NCBI GenBank assembly: GCA_048941265.1
Contig: JBHLNT010000008.1
Location: 1,260-65,259 of the forward strand
Origin: Promethearchaeota archaeon
GTDB taxonomy: Archaea; Asgardarchaeota; Lokiarchaeia; Sigyniarchaeales; SOKP01
Direction of reading: 5' to 3'
DNA length: 64,000 nt
Positions 1-8,850 of this stretch are shown piece after piece. A model generated the notes under the pieces. It made no database searches. It was not told the origin of the DNA and saw nothing but the letters and a program-made list of their open reading frames with translations. Position 1 is the stretch's first letter. The number at the start of each line of letters is the position of its first letter. A program made the position numbers and the translations under genes.

Positions 1-217
1 CTTTTTCTTCAACGTCCATTTCGAGTAGTGAATCTTTTGCTTTTTTCCATTTTTTCTTTGAAGATTTTGAGTTTTCATCCGATATCAAGGTTTCTAATTT
101 CATTACCGTCTCTTCGAGGTCCTCAATTTTGTCTAAATATTTAACTACCTCTTGCTCTTTAGCTTCTAATTCATTTTGTAATTCCTTTATTTTATCAGTT
201 AGGTTATTTTCACTCAT
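1..217 (-). CDS. coiled-coil protein, 5' part only (gene runs off the window edge); paralog of 451..1098
   Basis: My own minus-strand translation from the ATG at 217..215 reads MSENNLTDKIKELQNELEAKEQEVVKYLDKIEDLEETVMKLETLISDENSKSSKKK... and stays open to position 1. It aligns with the N-terminus of the 451..1098 product (..KIVELEEEFKAKERELYDSYDRIDQLEETIMKLESCLEDENIKDSKKKK). Confidence 0.5.
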   Translation of the reverse strand, partial: MSENNLTDKIKELQNELEAKEQEVVKYLDKIEDLEETVMKLETLISDENSKSSKKKWKKAKDSLLEMDVEEK

Positions 218-450
218 TTCTGATTTGGAATTTTTTTTAGGCAAGAGGTTATTTAATAACTTACATTAATACATTTTTTTAAATTTTAACTTTTTAGTTA
301 ATAAGTGATTAGAATTTTTTCTGATTTCTTTTAGATAAATATAGTTTTTTGACTTAAATAAATACTAAATTATTTGAAAATGGCAATAATTCCATTTTGC
401 AATAAAAGATTCACTATTTCAAATAATATATAAGTCAGAATATTTTAAAA

Positions 451-1098
451 TTAGGTTTGACTAATATGTTTGCTTATTTTTTCATTTAATTCTTCTATCC
501 TTTTAATTCTTGATTGGATTTGGGAATCCGATATCAGTGATTTATGGTTTTGCATTTGTTTGATTAACTCACTTATAATTTCATTTTTATAATCCATCAA
601 CTTCTTTAAGTTATTATACTTTTCTTCGTTTTGCAATGTTGTTTTTTTGAGATTATCCGATTCAAATTCTAATTTTTGTTGTTTGAGCTCTCTTATTATG
701 ATATCTTGCTTTCGGATTTTATCGTTTAAATCTTTCACTAAGATCTCTAATGGCTGCTTCTTCTCTTCGATTCTAATCACTGTCCCAGTATCCACTTTGG
801 TATATTTTTCAAGCTCACGTTGAGTTTGAGTCTTTTCCTTTCTTAATATACCCATCCTATTTTTTAAATCTCTTATTTCTCTAACTTTTTCCTCAAGTTC
901 AATTTCTAACTTTACTTCTCTTGTGCTCTTTTTTTTCTTCGAATCTTTTATATTTTCATCTTCGAGACATGATTCTAATTTCATAATAGTCTCTTCTAAC
1001 TGGTCAATTCTGTCGTATGAATCATATAATTCGCGTTCTTTAGCTTTAAATTCCTCCTCTAATTCCACAATTTTAGCATTTAAATCTTCTTCGGTCAA
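451..1098 (-). CDS. coiled-coil protein of unknown function
   Basis: 215-aa ORF with highly charged E/K/L-rich heptad-like composition. TTG start preceded by AGGAT. No enzymatic motif seen. Confidence 0.6.
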   Translation of the reverse strand: MTEEDLNAKIVELEEEFKAKERELYDSYDRIDQLEETIMKLESCLEDENIKDSKKKKSTREVKLEIELEEKVREIRDLKNRMGILRKEKTQTQRELEKYTKVDTGTVIRIEEKKQPLEILVKDLNDKIRKQDIIIRELKQQKLEFESDNLKKTTLQNEEKYNNLKKLMDYKNEIISELIKQMQNHKSLISDSQIQSRIKRIEELNEKISKHISQT

Positions 1099-1245
1099 TT
1101 TTTTATCCTAACTTTTTTTTTCACGAATTTCGTTTGAAATAATTGTAAAATAAGAGCTAAACCTTTTAGTAGAAAAATTTTTCGTTTTCCTTTTTTATTT
1201 AATCTACTTAATAATAGTGTGCACCTATTTAATATAGATCGAAAT

Positions 1246-3189
1246 CTAATATAGTTCGAAATCTTTTATATTGAATTTGTCTATTTTTTTCATAATAGGA
1301 ATTAAACTTAACAAGTTGAAAATGATCATTATTCCAAATAGACCAGCAATACCGATAAAAGGAAAATATAAAGGCGGCAAATAGGCACGATCGAATAAAA
1401 ATGTAGAATTTATTATCATTCCCAACGCTAAACTTAACAGAAGAGAGGGAATTATGACAAATAAAGATTCTAAGAATAAGATTCGCTTTAAAGACTTTTT
1501 TTTTGAGCCTAAAGCCCTCATAATTAAGAAATCTTTTGCTTTTTCTACTAATCCTGCTTTTTGATAGTTATATAAAGATAAAATTGAGATAATTGCCATT
1601 AAAATTATTAAAACAATCGGATAAATTGTTAAGTATGATAAGTAATTGATGTTTTGCTGGAAAATTTCGTCTAAACTTTTACAAGTAAATTCAGTACCTA
1701 ACTTCGCTCTTATAAAATCTTTTAGATCATCTTTTATATCACTATAAGCATCAGTCTTAAGCTCCAGTAAAACTAAATTGACTTCATTTGTAGTGAAATT
1801 TAAGCCTTCTTGAAATTCATTTAAGTCAATATATCCCGCATAACCACTATAAAAACTATCAATTATTACTCCGGAAATGTGAAATCTATGTCCTATATCT
1901 TTAATCTTCATACTTTGATCGAGGGGATAGTCAAAAAAATTATAAGCTAATCCATCACCTATAGTCATATTATCGTAAGCATCATCTTCATCAAACCATC
2001 TTCCTTCAATCTCAAAATCTTGTATAATCTCATCAGGATCAACACCAATAATAGGATAATTACCTTTTCTATCTTGACCGACTGTTCTATACCCACCTCC
2101 CCCTCCTCCTTCTTCTGAATAATAATAATATCCAATGAGTTCTTCAACATCACAGAATTTAATTAATCTTGCTTCAAATTTATCAACCTTATTAATATTT
2201 TCAATTTCTACAAGATCAGTTTTATTAAACATATATTTGGAGTCTGTAAAATTAATATCGTCCTCATCAACCGAAATCGAAGGATCAGAAAACATTTTAT
2301 ACATATCAGAATATTTATCAACAACATCTTCATGCCCTATAACTACGATATTTTCTCCTTGAGATTTTTTTATCCATTCCTGTGAAGAGGTATTTAACAC
2401 AAAGACACCTAAACCTAATGTAAAAATTATTAAAAATATTAATGAGAAGATAATAAAAAACCGTATAAATTCATTTTTTCTTCTGCTAGTATTTATTATC
2501 GCTATTTTTATATTGAATCCAAAGGTGGAAAGCCATCTTGGGATTATGCTAAGTTTTTTAGAAGCAAGCAGATTATGGGGAATGTCCTTTGAAAACGATT
2601 TTACTATTTTTTGATTTCCTATTCTCCTTAAAGAATACCCTGTTATCGCAAAAATTCCTATAATACAAGAAAAAAATAATATTGGAGTATAAACGTAATC
2701 AATTCGAAAAATAAGTTTAAATCCTAATATATTCATAATTAAAGCAAATATACCAAATGAAGCCAAACCAAGAATAAACCCCAAGATAAATCCAATCAAA
2801 AACATAAGGTAAGCTTCTAAAAGGTAAAATCCATATAATTTATCAGGTAAAGTACCCAAAGCTTTCATTATAGCGATATCTCTTTTCTTATGGATAACTA
2901 AAGTAGTGGTTATGACGACTACAACTGTAAAAGCTAGTACAATTACCAAAGTAATGATAAGAGTGTTAAATTGAGTGTATATTGCGTTAATTGCTCCTGA
3001 AAAATAATATTCATTATCAATATCTCCTTGATAAAAGATTTTATTTTGAACAATAAGATTCACTCCAAGAGAAATCGAAAAATAAATCAAAAATTCAGCG
3101 AGTGCTATGACTAAGGCAATGGTTAGTACATAGGGAAAATTCGATTTCCTTTTTCGATAAAAATCTTTTATGGCAAAATCTAAGGACAT
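1246..3189 (-). CDS. ABC transporter permease, FtsX/MacB-like with two FtsX-type modules and a large extracytoplasmic domain
   Basis: 647 aa with multiple TM segments. Two FtsX-like signatures are present (KRDIAIMKALG... and KDFLIMRALGSKKKSL). It lies immediately downstream of the ABC ATPase gene in the same orientation. Confidence 0.85.
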   Translation of the reverse strand: MSLDFAIKDFYRKRKSNFPYVLTIALVIALAEFLIYFSISLGVNLIVQNKIFYQGDIDNEYYFSGAINAIYTQFNTLIITLVIVLAFTVVVVITTTLVIHKKRDIAIMKALGTLPDKLYGFYLLEAYLMFLIGFILGFILGLASFGIFALIMNILGFKLIFRIDYVYTPILFFSCIIGIFAITGYSLRRIGNQKIVKSFSKDIPHNLLASKKLSIIPRWLSTFGFNIKIAIINTSRRKNEFIRFFIIFSLIFLIIFTLGLGVFVLNTSSQEWIKKSQGENIVVIGHEDVVDKYSDMYKMFSDPSISVDEDDINFTDSKYMFNKTDLVEIENINKVDKFEARLIKFCDVEELIGYYYYSEEGGGGGGYRTVGQDRKGNYPIIGVDPDEIIQDFEIEGRWFDEDDAYDNMTIGDGLAYNFFDYPLDQSMKIKDIGHRFHISGVIIDSFYSGYAGYIDLNEFQEGLNFTTNEVNLVLLELKTDAYSDIKDDLKDFIRAKLGTEFTCKSLDEIFQQNINYLSYLTIYPIVLIILMAIISILSLYNYQKAGLVEKAKDFLIMRALGSKKKSLKRILFLESLFVIIPSLLLSLALGMIINSTFLFDRAYLPPLYFPFIGIAGLFGIMIIFNLLSLIPIMKKIDKFNIKDFELY

Positions 3190-3208
3190 ATTTAATCAGG
3201 ACAATAAT

Positions 3209-3991
3209 TTATTCATTTTTTTTAAGTGAAATTACTTGCTCTTTTACTATTTTACCATCCTCAAAATCAATTATTCTATCAGCAAGATCGATTAAATATT
3301 CATCGTGTGTTGCAATTATTATTGTTTTACCTAACATTTTTAGATCCTTAAAAAGATTTCTTATTATTTCGGCAGAACTCTTGTCTAAATTCGCAGTGGG
3401 TTCATCTGCTAATATGATTGGAGGATCGTTTGCCAATGCTCGAGCTATCGCTACCCTTTGTTGCTCTCCTGCTGAGAGCTGAAATGGTAAATGTTCTCGC
3501 CGTTCTCCTAATCCTAATCTTTTTAACAACTTTACAGCAAGATCTCGAGCTTGTTTAAATACCACTCCCGCAAGATTCATAGGAAACATGACATTTTCTT
3601 CGGCTGTCAAGGTACTGATCAGATTATAATTTTGAAAAATAAATCCAGAATTAATAAGCCTAAAGGTAGCTAAAGATTCCTCTTCCATATCACTTATTTT
3701 AACTCCATGCTCATAAATTATACCTTTATCTTTCTCAGGTGAATCTAATCCACCAATTAAATTGAGAAGGGTGGTTTTTCCTGCGCCTGAAGGCCCTCTA
3801 ATGACAATAAATTCACCATTCCTTACTAATAGCGATACATCATCTACTGCTCTTACAATATATTCTCCGATATGATAATCTTTGACTAAGTTCTTGGCTT
3901 GAATAACAATTTCATCTTTCATTAAAGCAAGAACTTCGTCTGCTTCTTTGTCTTCCTCTAAATTTTTCTCTTCTTCTTTTTTTTTTCTCAC
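3209..3991 (-). CDS. ABC transporter ATP-binding protein (MacB/LolD-like)
   Basis: Walker A GPSGAGKTT, ABC signature LSAGEQQRVAIARAL, Walker B IILADEPT and H-loop ATHD are all present. The true start may be the internal ATG (MKDEIV...) rather than the GTG at 3991. Confidence 0.9.
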   Translation of the reverse strand: MRKKKEEEKNLEEDKEADEVLALMKDEIVIQAKNLVKDYHIGEYIVRAVDDVSLLVRNGEFIVIRGPSGAGKTTLLNLIGGLDSPEKDKGIIYEHGVKISDMEEESLATFRLINSGFIFQNYNLISTLTAEENVMFPMNLAGVVFKQARDLAVKLLKRLGLGERREHLPFQLSAGEQQRVAIARALANDPPIILADEPTANLDKSSAEIIRNLFKDLKMLGKTIIIATHDEYLIDLADRIIDFEDGKIVKEQVISLKKNE

Positions 3992-4508
3992 AATACATAC
4001 AATTTTTTAAAAAATTTAAAATTCAGTCTTTTTAAACTTGCTTATTGCCCATATAAATTACAAGTCGAATTTCAGTTTTTTCTTTAAATGTAAATTTTTT
4101 GAAAAAACATTTATATATTAGGTTTTCCTTATGAAGATAGAGGGAACTCGAGAAAACATACATAATATCCCCTAATTTCCTAATTAAATGGTAACTAAAT
4201 TTTATCCCATGTCCAAAACCCTCGCGTTTTGGATTGCTTTTCTCGATTCTCTCATTCTTTTTTTCAAAACTCCAATTATTAAAAAATTTTTGGAATCTCT
4301 TTTTAAGCTTTATACCTTTTTCTGAAAAGGTTTTTTTTTGAAAGAATTTATAAATTATAAGCTTCTTTTTCGAAGGGGTTTATTATATTTTTAAGCCATA
4401 CGTGTATTTTCACTAAATTATAATGAGAATATTTTTGTTTTCACTTAAACTCATTAATCATAGAAATCAACACAAATTTAAAATTAAAAAAAACGTGATG
4501 GTATAAAA

Positions 4509-4757
4509 ATGAGTGAAAAAGAAAATATTGAAATAGTAAAAGAATTAGACACTACTGGATTATTTTGCCCAGAACCATTGTTTGAAGTTCGAAATTTGTC
4601 AGAGACGATCGAAGTGAATCAATGTTTTAAGGTTGTAGCCGACGATCCTGCTGCTGAAGAAGATTTACAGAGATGGGCAAAAAGAACTGGTACGGAAATC
4701 TTGGAATTCACAAATGAAGATGGTCTTTTAACATTTGTATTTAGAAAAAAAAAGTAG
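4509..4757 (+). CDS. TusA/SirA-like sulfur carrier protein
   Basis: 82 aa with the N-terminal Cys-Pro-x-Pro motif (GLFCPEPLFEV) typical of the TusA family. Confidence 0.8.
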   Translation: MSEKENIEIVKELDTTGLFCPEPLFEVRNLSETIEVNQCFKVVADDPAAEEDLQRWAKRTGTEILEFTNEDGLLTFVFRKKK

Positions 4758-4772
4758 GATGCATGAGAGAAG

Positions 4773-5138
4773 ATGAACGAAATTAAAAAATGGATCCTAT
4801 ATGTACAAACGAGCGATGCACCTGAGAGGCAATATTCACCTTTAGTGTTAGCGCAAACAGCAAAAGCTATGGATCTTGGAGCAAAGGTTTATTATTTAGG
4901 AACAGCATTAAAGATATTAAAGCCTGGAGAAGCCGAAAAAATAAAAATAGGAGATTTTCCTAGTGTAAAAGAAATGATTGATAAAACTTTAGAAATGGGT
5001 ATAGAAATTTTAGTGTGTGAAGCATCTAAAAGGATGTTAGGATGGGAAAAGGTAGAATTAATTTCAGGAGTAAAAATAGTGGGCGCTGCGACATTAAACG
5101 ATTTGGTGCTTGAAGCTGATGCTACACAGTGGTTTTAA
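4773..5138 (+). CDS. DsrE/DsrF-like sulfur relay family protein
   Basis: 121 aa. It has DsrE-like layout with a conserved Cys in ILVCEASKRMLG and sits adjacent to TusA. Confidence 0.7.
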   Translation: MNEIKKWILYVQTSDAPERQYSPLVLAQTAKAMDLGAKVYYLGTALKILKPGEAEKIKIGDFPSVKEMIDKTLEMGIEILVCEASKRMLGWEKVELISGVKIVGAATLNDLVLEADATQWF

Positions 5139-5216
5139 TTTTAAATTTATTTATAATTTTTGGATATGATATAATTATGATAAGAAATATAATAAAAAAG
5201 ATGGAGGAATGATACA

Positions 5217-6410
5217 ATGGACATTTATTTAGATTACCAAGCCGCAAAACCTGTGGATGAGAGAGTTTTATCAGAAATGTTCCCTTACTTTAATAAAAAA
5301 TTTGCAAATCCTTCTTCCTTGTATGGAGATGGAGACATTGCGACAGATATTTTAGAAAAATCTCGTGAAAAAGTTGCACATTTTATCAATGCCCCCGACG
5401 CTTCTGATATAATTTTTACATCATGTGCTACAGAATCAAATAATTTAGCTTTGATCGGCGCGGCTCAGAATCGTAAAAGGAAGGGAGATCATATCATCAT
5501 TTCAGAAATAGAGCATATATCAATTTTGAATCTTGCGAAAAATTTGGAGAGAGAAGGTTTCAAAGTGAGTAGGGTTCCTGTAGATCAATATGGGATTATT
5601 AATCTTGATAAGCTTGAGCGTTTAATTACTGATAAAACCATTTTAATTTCTGTTGCTTCAGCTAGTAATGAAGTAGGTTCATTGCAGCCAATTAAGGAAA
5701 TAAGCGAAATTGCCTCCGAAAAGAAAATTTTATTCCATACAGATGCGGTAGCAAGCGAAAGTTCTATACCTATAGACGTACAAAAAGTGCCTATTGATTT
5801 AATTACTTTATCTTCGAATGATATTTATGGCCCAAGAGGAGTAGGAGCTCTGTATTTGAAGAGAGGTGTTCGAGTAAATCCAACAATAATCGGTGGAGGT
5901 CAAGAGCGAGGGATAAGGTCAGGTTCAGAAAATGTACCAGGAATAGTAGGTTTTGCAAAGGCAGCTGAAATTATGAAAGAAGAAATGAGTTCTGAAGCAG
6001 AACGTCTCAAAAATTTAAGAGATAAAGTAATAAAAGGAGTATTGGAGACAATTCCTAAGTCGTATTTAAATGGACATCCTGAAAAAAGGCTTCCCAATAA
6101 TGCACATTTTAGATTTGATTATATTGAGGGAGAATCTTTAATTCTTGGTTTAAAAGATGAAAAAATTGCGGCAGCTACTGGTTCTGCGTGTACTTCAAAA
6201 ACCTTAGAAGCTTCTCATACATTAATAGCTATGGGTTTATTACATGAAGAGGCTCATGGTAGCTTATTATTATCTTTAGGAAGATTTACAAAAGAGGCCG
6301 ATATTGATAAAATTTTAGAAGCTTTACCCAATATAGTTAAAAGGTTAAGGATTTTATCACCCTTAACGCCTCCTGATTTAATAAAACAATATAAAGAGGT
6401 GGATAGTTAA
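5217..6410 (+). CDS. iscS: IscS/NifS-family class-V aminotransferase fold protein lacking the PLP-binding lysine
   Basis: TSCATESNNLAL, HTDAV and the active-site loop GSACTS are all present. The canonical SGHK(I/L)YGPKG motif reads SSNDIYGPRG, so Lys is replaced by Asp202 (codon 5820..5822). A GGAGG SD lies 10 nt upstream. Confidence 0.85.
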   Translation: MDIYLDYQAAKPVDERVLSEMFPYFNKKFANPSSLYGDGDIATDILEKSREKVAHFINAPDASDIIFTSCATESNNLALIGAAQNRKRKGDHIIISEIEHISILNLAKNLEREGFKVSRVPVDQYGIINLDKLERLITDKTILISVASASNEVGSLQPIKEISEIASEKKILFHTDAVASESSIPIDVQKVPIDLITLSSNDIYGPRGVGALYLKRGVRVNPTIIGGGQERGIRSGSENVPGIVGFAKAAEIMKEEMSSEAERLKNLRDKVIKGVLETIPKSYLNGHPEKRLPNNAHFRFDYIEGESLILGLKDEKIAAATGSACTSKTLEASHTLIAMGLLHEEAHGSLLLSLGRFTKEADIDKILEALPNIVKRLRILSPLTPPDLIKQYKEVDS

Positions 6411-7223
6411 ATGAAATCAACAAATTATTCAGAAAAAGTATTAGATCATTTTCGAAATCCGAGAAATGTTGGAGTAATTGAAAATCCGGATGGATATGGG
6501 AAAGTTGGAAATCCTGTATGTGGAGATCTAATGGAAATGTTTATTACTGTAGGAAAAAACGATAAAGGAGAAGAAATTATAGACGATATTAAATTTAGAA
6601 CATTTGGATGCGGTTCAGCTGTTTCTACATCATCAATGGTTACTGAAATGGCAAAAGGTAAAACTCTTGATGAAGCATATAAAATTACCAGGCAAGACGT
6701 TGCTGATGAACTTGATGGATTACCCCCTATTAAAATGCATTGTTCTAACTTAGCTGCAGATGCCTTACAAGCTGCAATACGAAATTATCGCGAAGGGACT
6801 AAACCAGAGGTGGAAGTCATGACGTCCTGTCAGATAGATATACAAGTCATTTTAGGTGTTGATGAATTTCTTGGTAAAGGAGTGTACAAAGAAGTTGAGG
6901 ATTTAACTGAATTTAAAAATAAGAGAGTTTTAGTCTTAGACTCGGGTGATAATTCTTTAGATCTTGCTCTTAAATTAACAGAATACACAGGAAGAGTCAT
7001 AGTAGTGACTTCTGCGAAAGAAATTCCGGGTAATCCTGACTTAAAAAACAAATTGAAACACTCAGATGTCAAAATACTCCAACAATCAGAACTTTTGGAA
7101 ATTAAAGGTGAAACTAACGAAGTTGAGAAAGTTGTCATTCATGATTTTGATGAAGACGAAAATTATGAACTTTTTATAGATGCTGTTATAATTCTGGATG
7201 AAAGACAACCTAAATTAAGCTAA
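6411..7223 (+). CDS. iscU: IscU/NifU-type Fe-S scaffold fused to a degenerate thioredoxin-reductase-like NAD(P)H-domain
   Basis: The N-terminal ~130 aa carry the three scaffold Cys motifs (NPVCGD, FGCGSA, MHCSNLA). The C-terminal ~135 aa follow the TrxR central-domain pattern, but CxxC is replaced (GVYKEVED) and GGGxxA is degenerate (DSGDNSL). Confidence 0.85.
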   Translation: MKSTNYSEKVLDHFRNPRNVGVIENPDGYGKVGNPVCGDLMEMFITVGKNDKGEEIIDDIKFRTFGCGSAVSTSSMVTEMAKGKTLDEAYKITRQDVADELDGLPPIKMHCSNLAADALQAAIRNYREGTKPEVEVMTSCQIDIQVILGVDEFLGKGVYKEVEDLTEFKNKRVLVLDSGDNSLDLALKLTEYTGRVIVVTSAKEIPGNPDLKNKLKHSDVKILQQSELLEIKGETNEVEKVVIHDFDEDENYELFIDAVIILDERQPKLS

Positions 7224-7472
7224 AAAAATTTTTTTATTCTAAATTTTTTTTGAAATTTTTATTATTCAAATAAAAAATTAATTAAATGTTCGTTATATTT
7301 GAACAAAATATTTGTAATTAGGTTTATTTTTATATTTTTTTTGATATTATAAGGTAAATTATAAACTATAATTTGATTACGATTTATTGATTTTAAAAAA
7401 AGTCTCAGGGGTTTTGTGGTAAGTTCCTTTCTTACTTCTACCTAAGGATAAATTAGATAGATTAAATCAACT

Positions 7473-8582
7473 ATGCCGAAAATAGAAAAATTGAAAGAAT
7501 CTGAAGAGATATGTTGTTTAATCTCGGAATACACAGATGATTTAATTATGATCTATGATAATAATTTTAAGATCGAATATACAAATTCGCAAACTCATTC
7601 TAAAGTGTTGGGTTATCCCCCTAAAAAGTTTTATAGAATGTCTTTTAGAGGTTCAATAGTTCATAAAGATGATAGATTACAAGTTACTCAAGCATTAAAA
7701 GAAAGACATGCTAAAGGTTATCATATAAATCAGCAGAGAGTAAAACATAAAAATGGTCATTATTTATGGTTTGAGACTATTGGAAAGGCTTTTTTAGATG
7801 AAAATGGGATACAAAAAATGCTATGTATATCAAGAAATATTACAAAAATAAAGAATACTGAAAAAAAATTCCAAGATGCTTACAATCGGGCAAAATTTTA
7901 TAGAGATCTCGTAGTCCATGATATTAACAATATTTTACATAATATAAGTCTCTCAACAGAATTGGCTATGAGGGGAGTAAATGATGATAATATACCAACA
8001 TCTATCGAAGATCTTCTGAATACCATCACATATCAGCTTGAAAGGGGAAATAATTTAATTGAAAATATAACAAAAATTTCTAAAATGGAGGAAAACCAAC
8101 CAAATTTGGTAAGAATTGATGTTCTTTCCATTCTTAATAATGTGATAGATTCTATAGTAAATATGTCAAAATATTCAGAAGTATCTATAAAAATTGAAAC
8201 TGATCTCAAAAATATTCATGTACTTGCTAACGAGTTTCTTATAGATGTCTTTGAAAATATAATTATTAATGGTATAAAGCATAATGATAATGAAAAAGTA
8301 AGAATTGAGATTAAAGTGTTAAAAATTTTGAAAGCTAATACTGATTATATTAGATTTGAATTTCGTGACAACGGGCGAGGTATTCCTGATGCAGCTAAAA
8401 AAAATATTTTTAAACGAAATTATAATATTAAAGGGAAGAAAAGTGGAATGGGAATCGGACTTTCTTTGGTTAAAAAAATTATAGAAACGTGCAAGGGAAA
8501 TATATATATCGAAGACTGTGTAAAAGGCGATTATTCGAAAGGAAGTAATTTTATTGTTGAATTTATTGCTTCTAATAGTTAA
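7473..8582 (+). CDS. PAS-domain sensor histidine kinase (no cognate response regulator adjacent)
   Basis: H-box VVHDINNILHNI, N-box IINGIKHN, G1 DNGRGIP and G2 GMGIGLSLV are present. The N-terminal ~120 aa are PAS-like. Confidence 0.85.
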   Translation: MPKIEKLKESEEICCLISEYTDDLIMIYDNNFKIEYTNSQTHSKVLGYPPKKFYRMSFRGSIVHKDDRLQVTQALKERHAKGYHINQQRVKHKNGHYLWFETIGKAFLDENGIQKMLCISRNITKIKNTEKKFQDAYNRAKFYRDLVVHDINNILHNISLSTELAMRGVNDDNIPTSIEDLLNTITYQLERGNNLIENITKISKMEENQPNLVRIDVLSILNNVIDSIVNMSKYSEVSIKIETDLKNIHVLANEFLIDVFENIIINGIKHNDNEKVRIEIKVLKILKANTDYIRFEFRDNGRGIPDAAKKNIFKRNYNIKGKKSGMGIGLSLVKKIIETCKGNIYIEDCVKGDYSKGSNFIVEFIASNS

Positions 8583-8850
8583 AGTTAGATTAACGGCAGG
8601 AAGCCAATCTAAAATAAATTATTATTATAAAAATAGATTTTGTTTAACCTACTTCTTCATTTTAATTATAATCTTTTTAATTCATAAACAATTCCTAACG
8701 AAATCTATGTTAGAAAATATTAGCTAATTTCAGAATTTACATTTTATAAGAATTATCTTAAAAAAGCATATTTAATCTTAAGAAGTAAAGTAGTGAACTA
8801 GTAATGCATAACTAAAAGTGAAAAATAAGAAAAAAAATGATGAGAAAATT

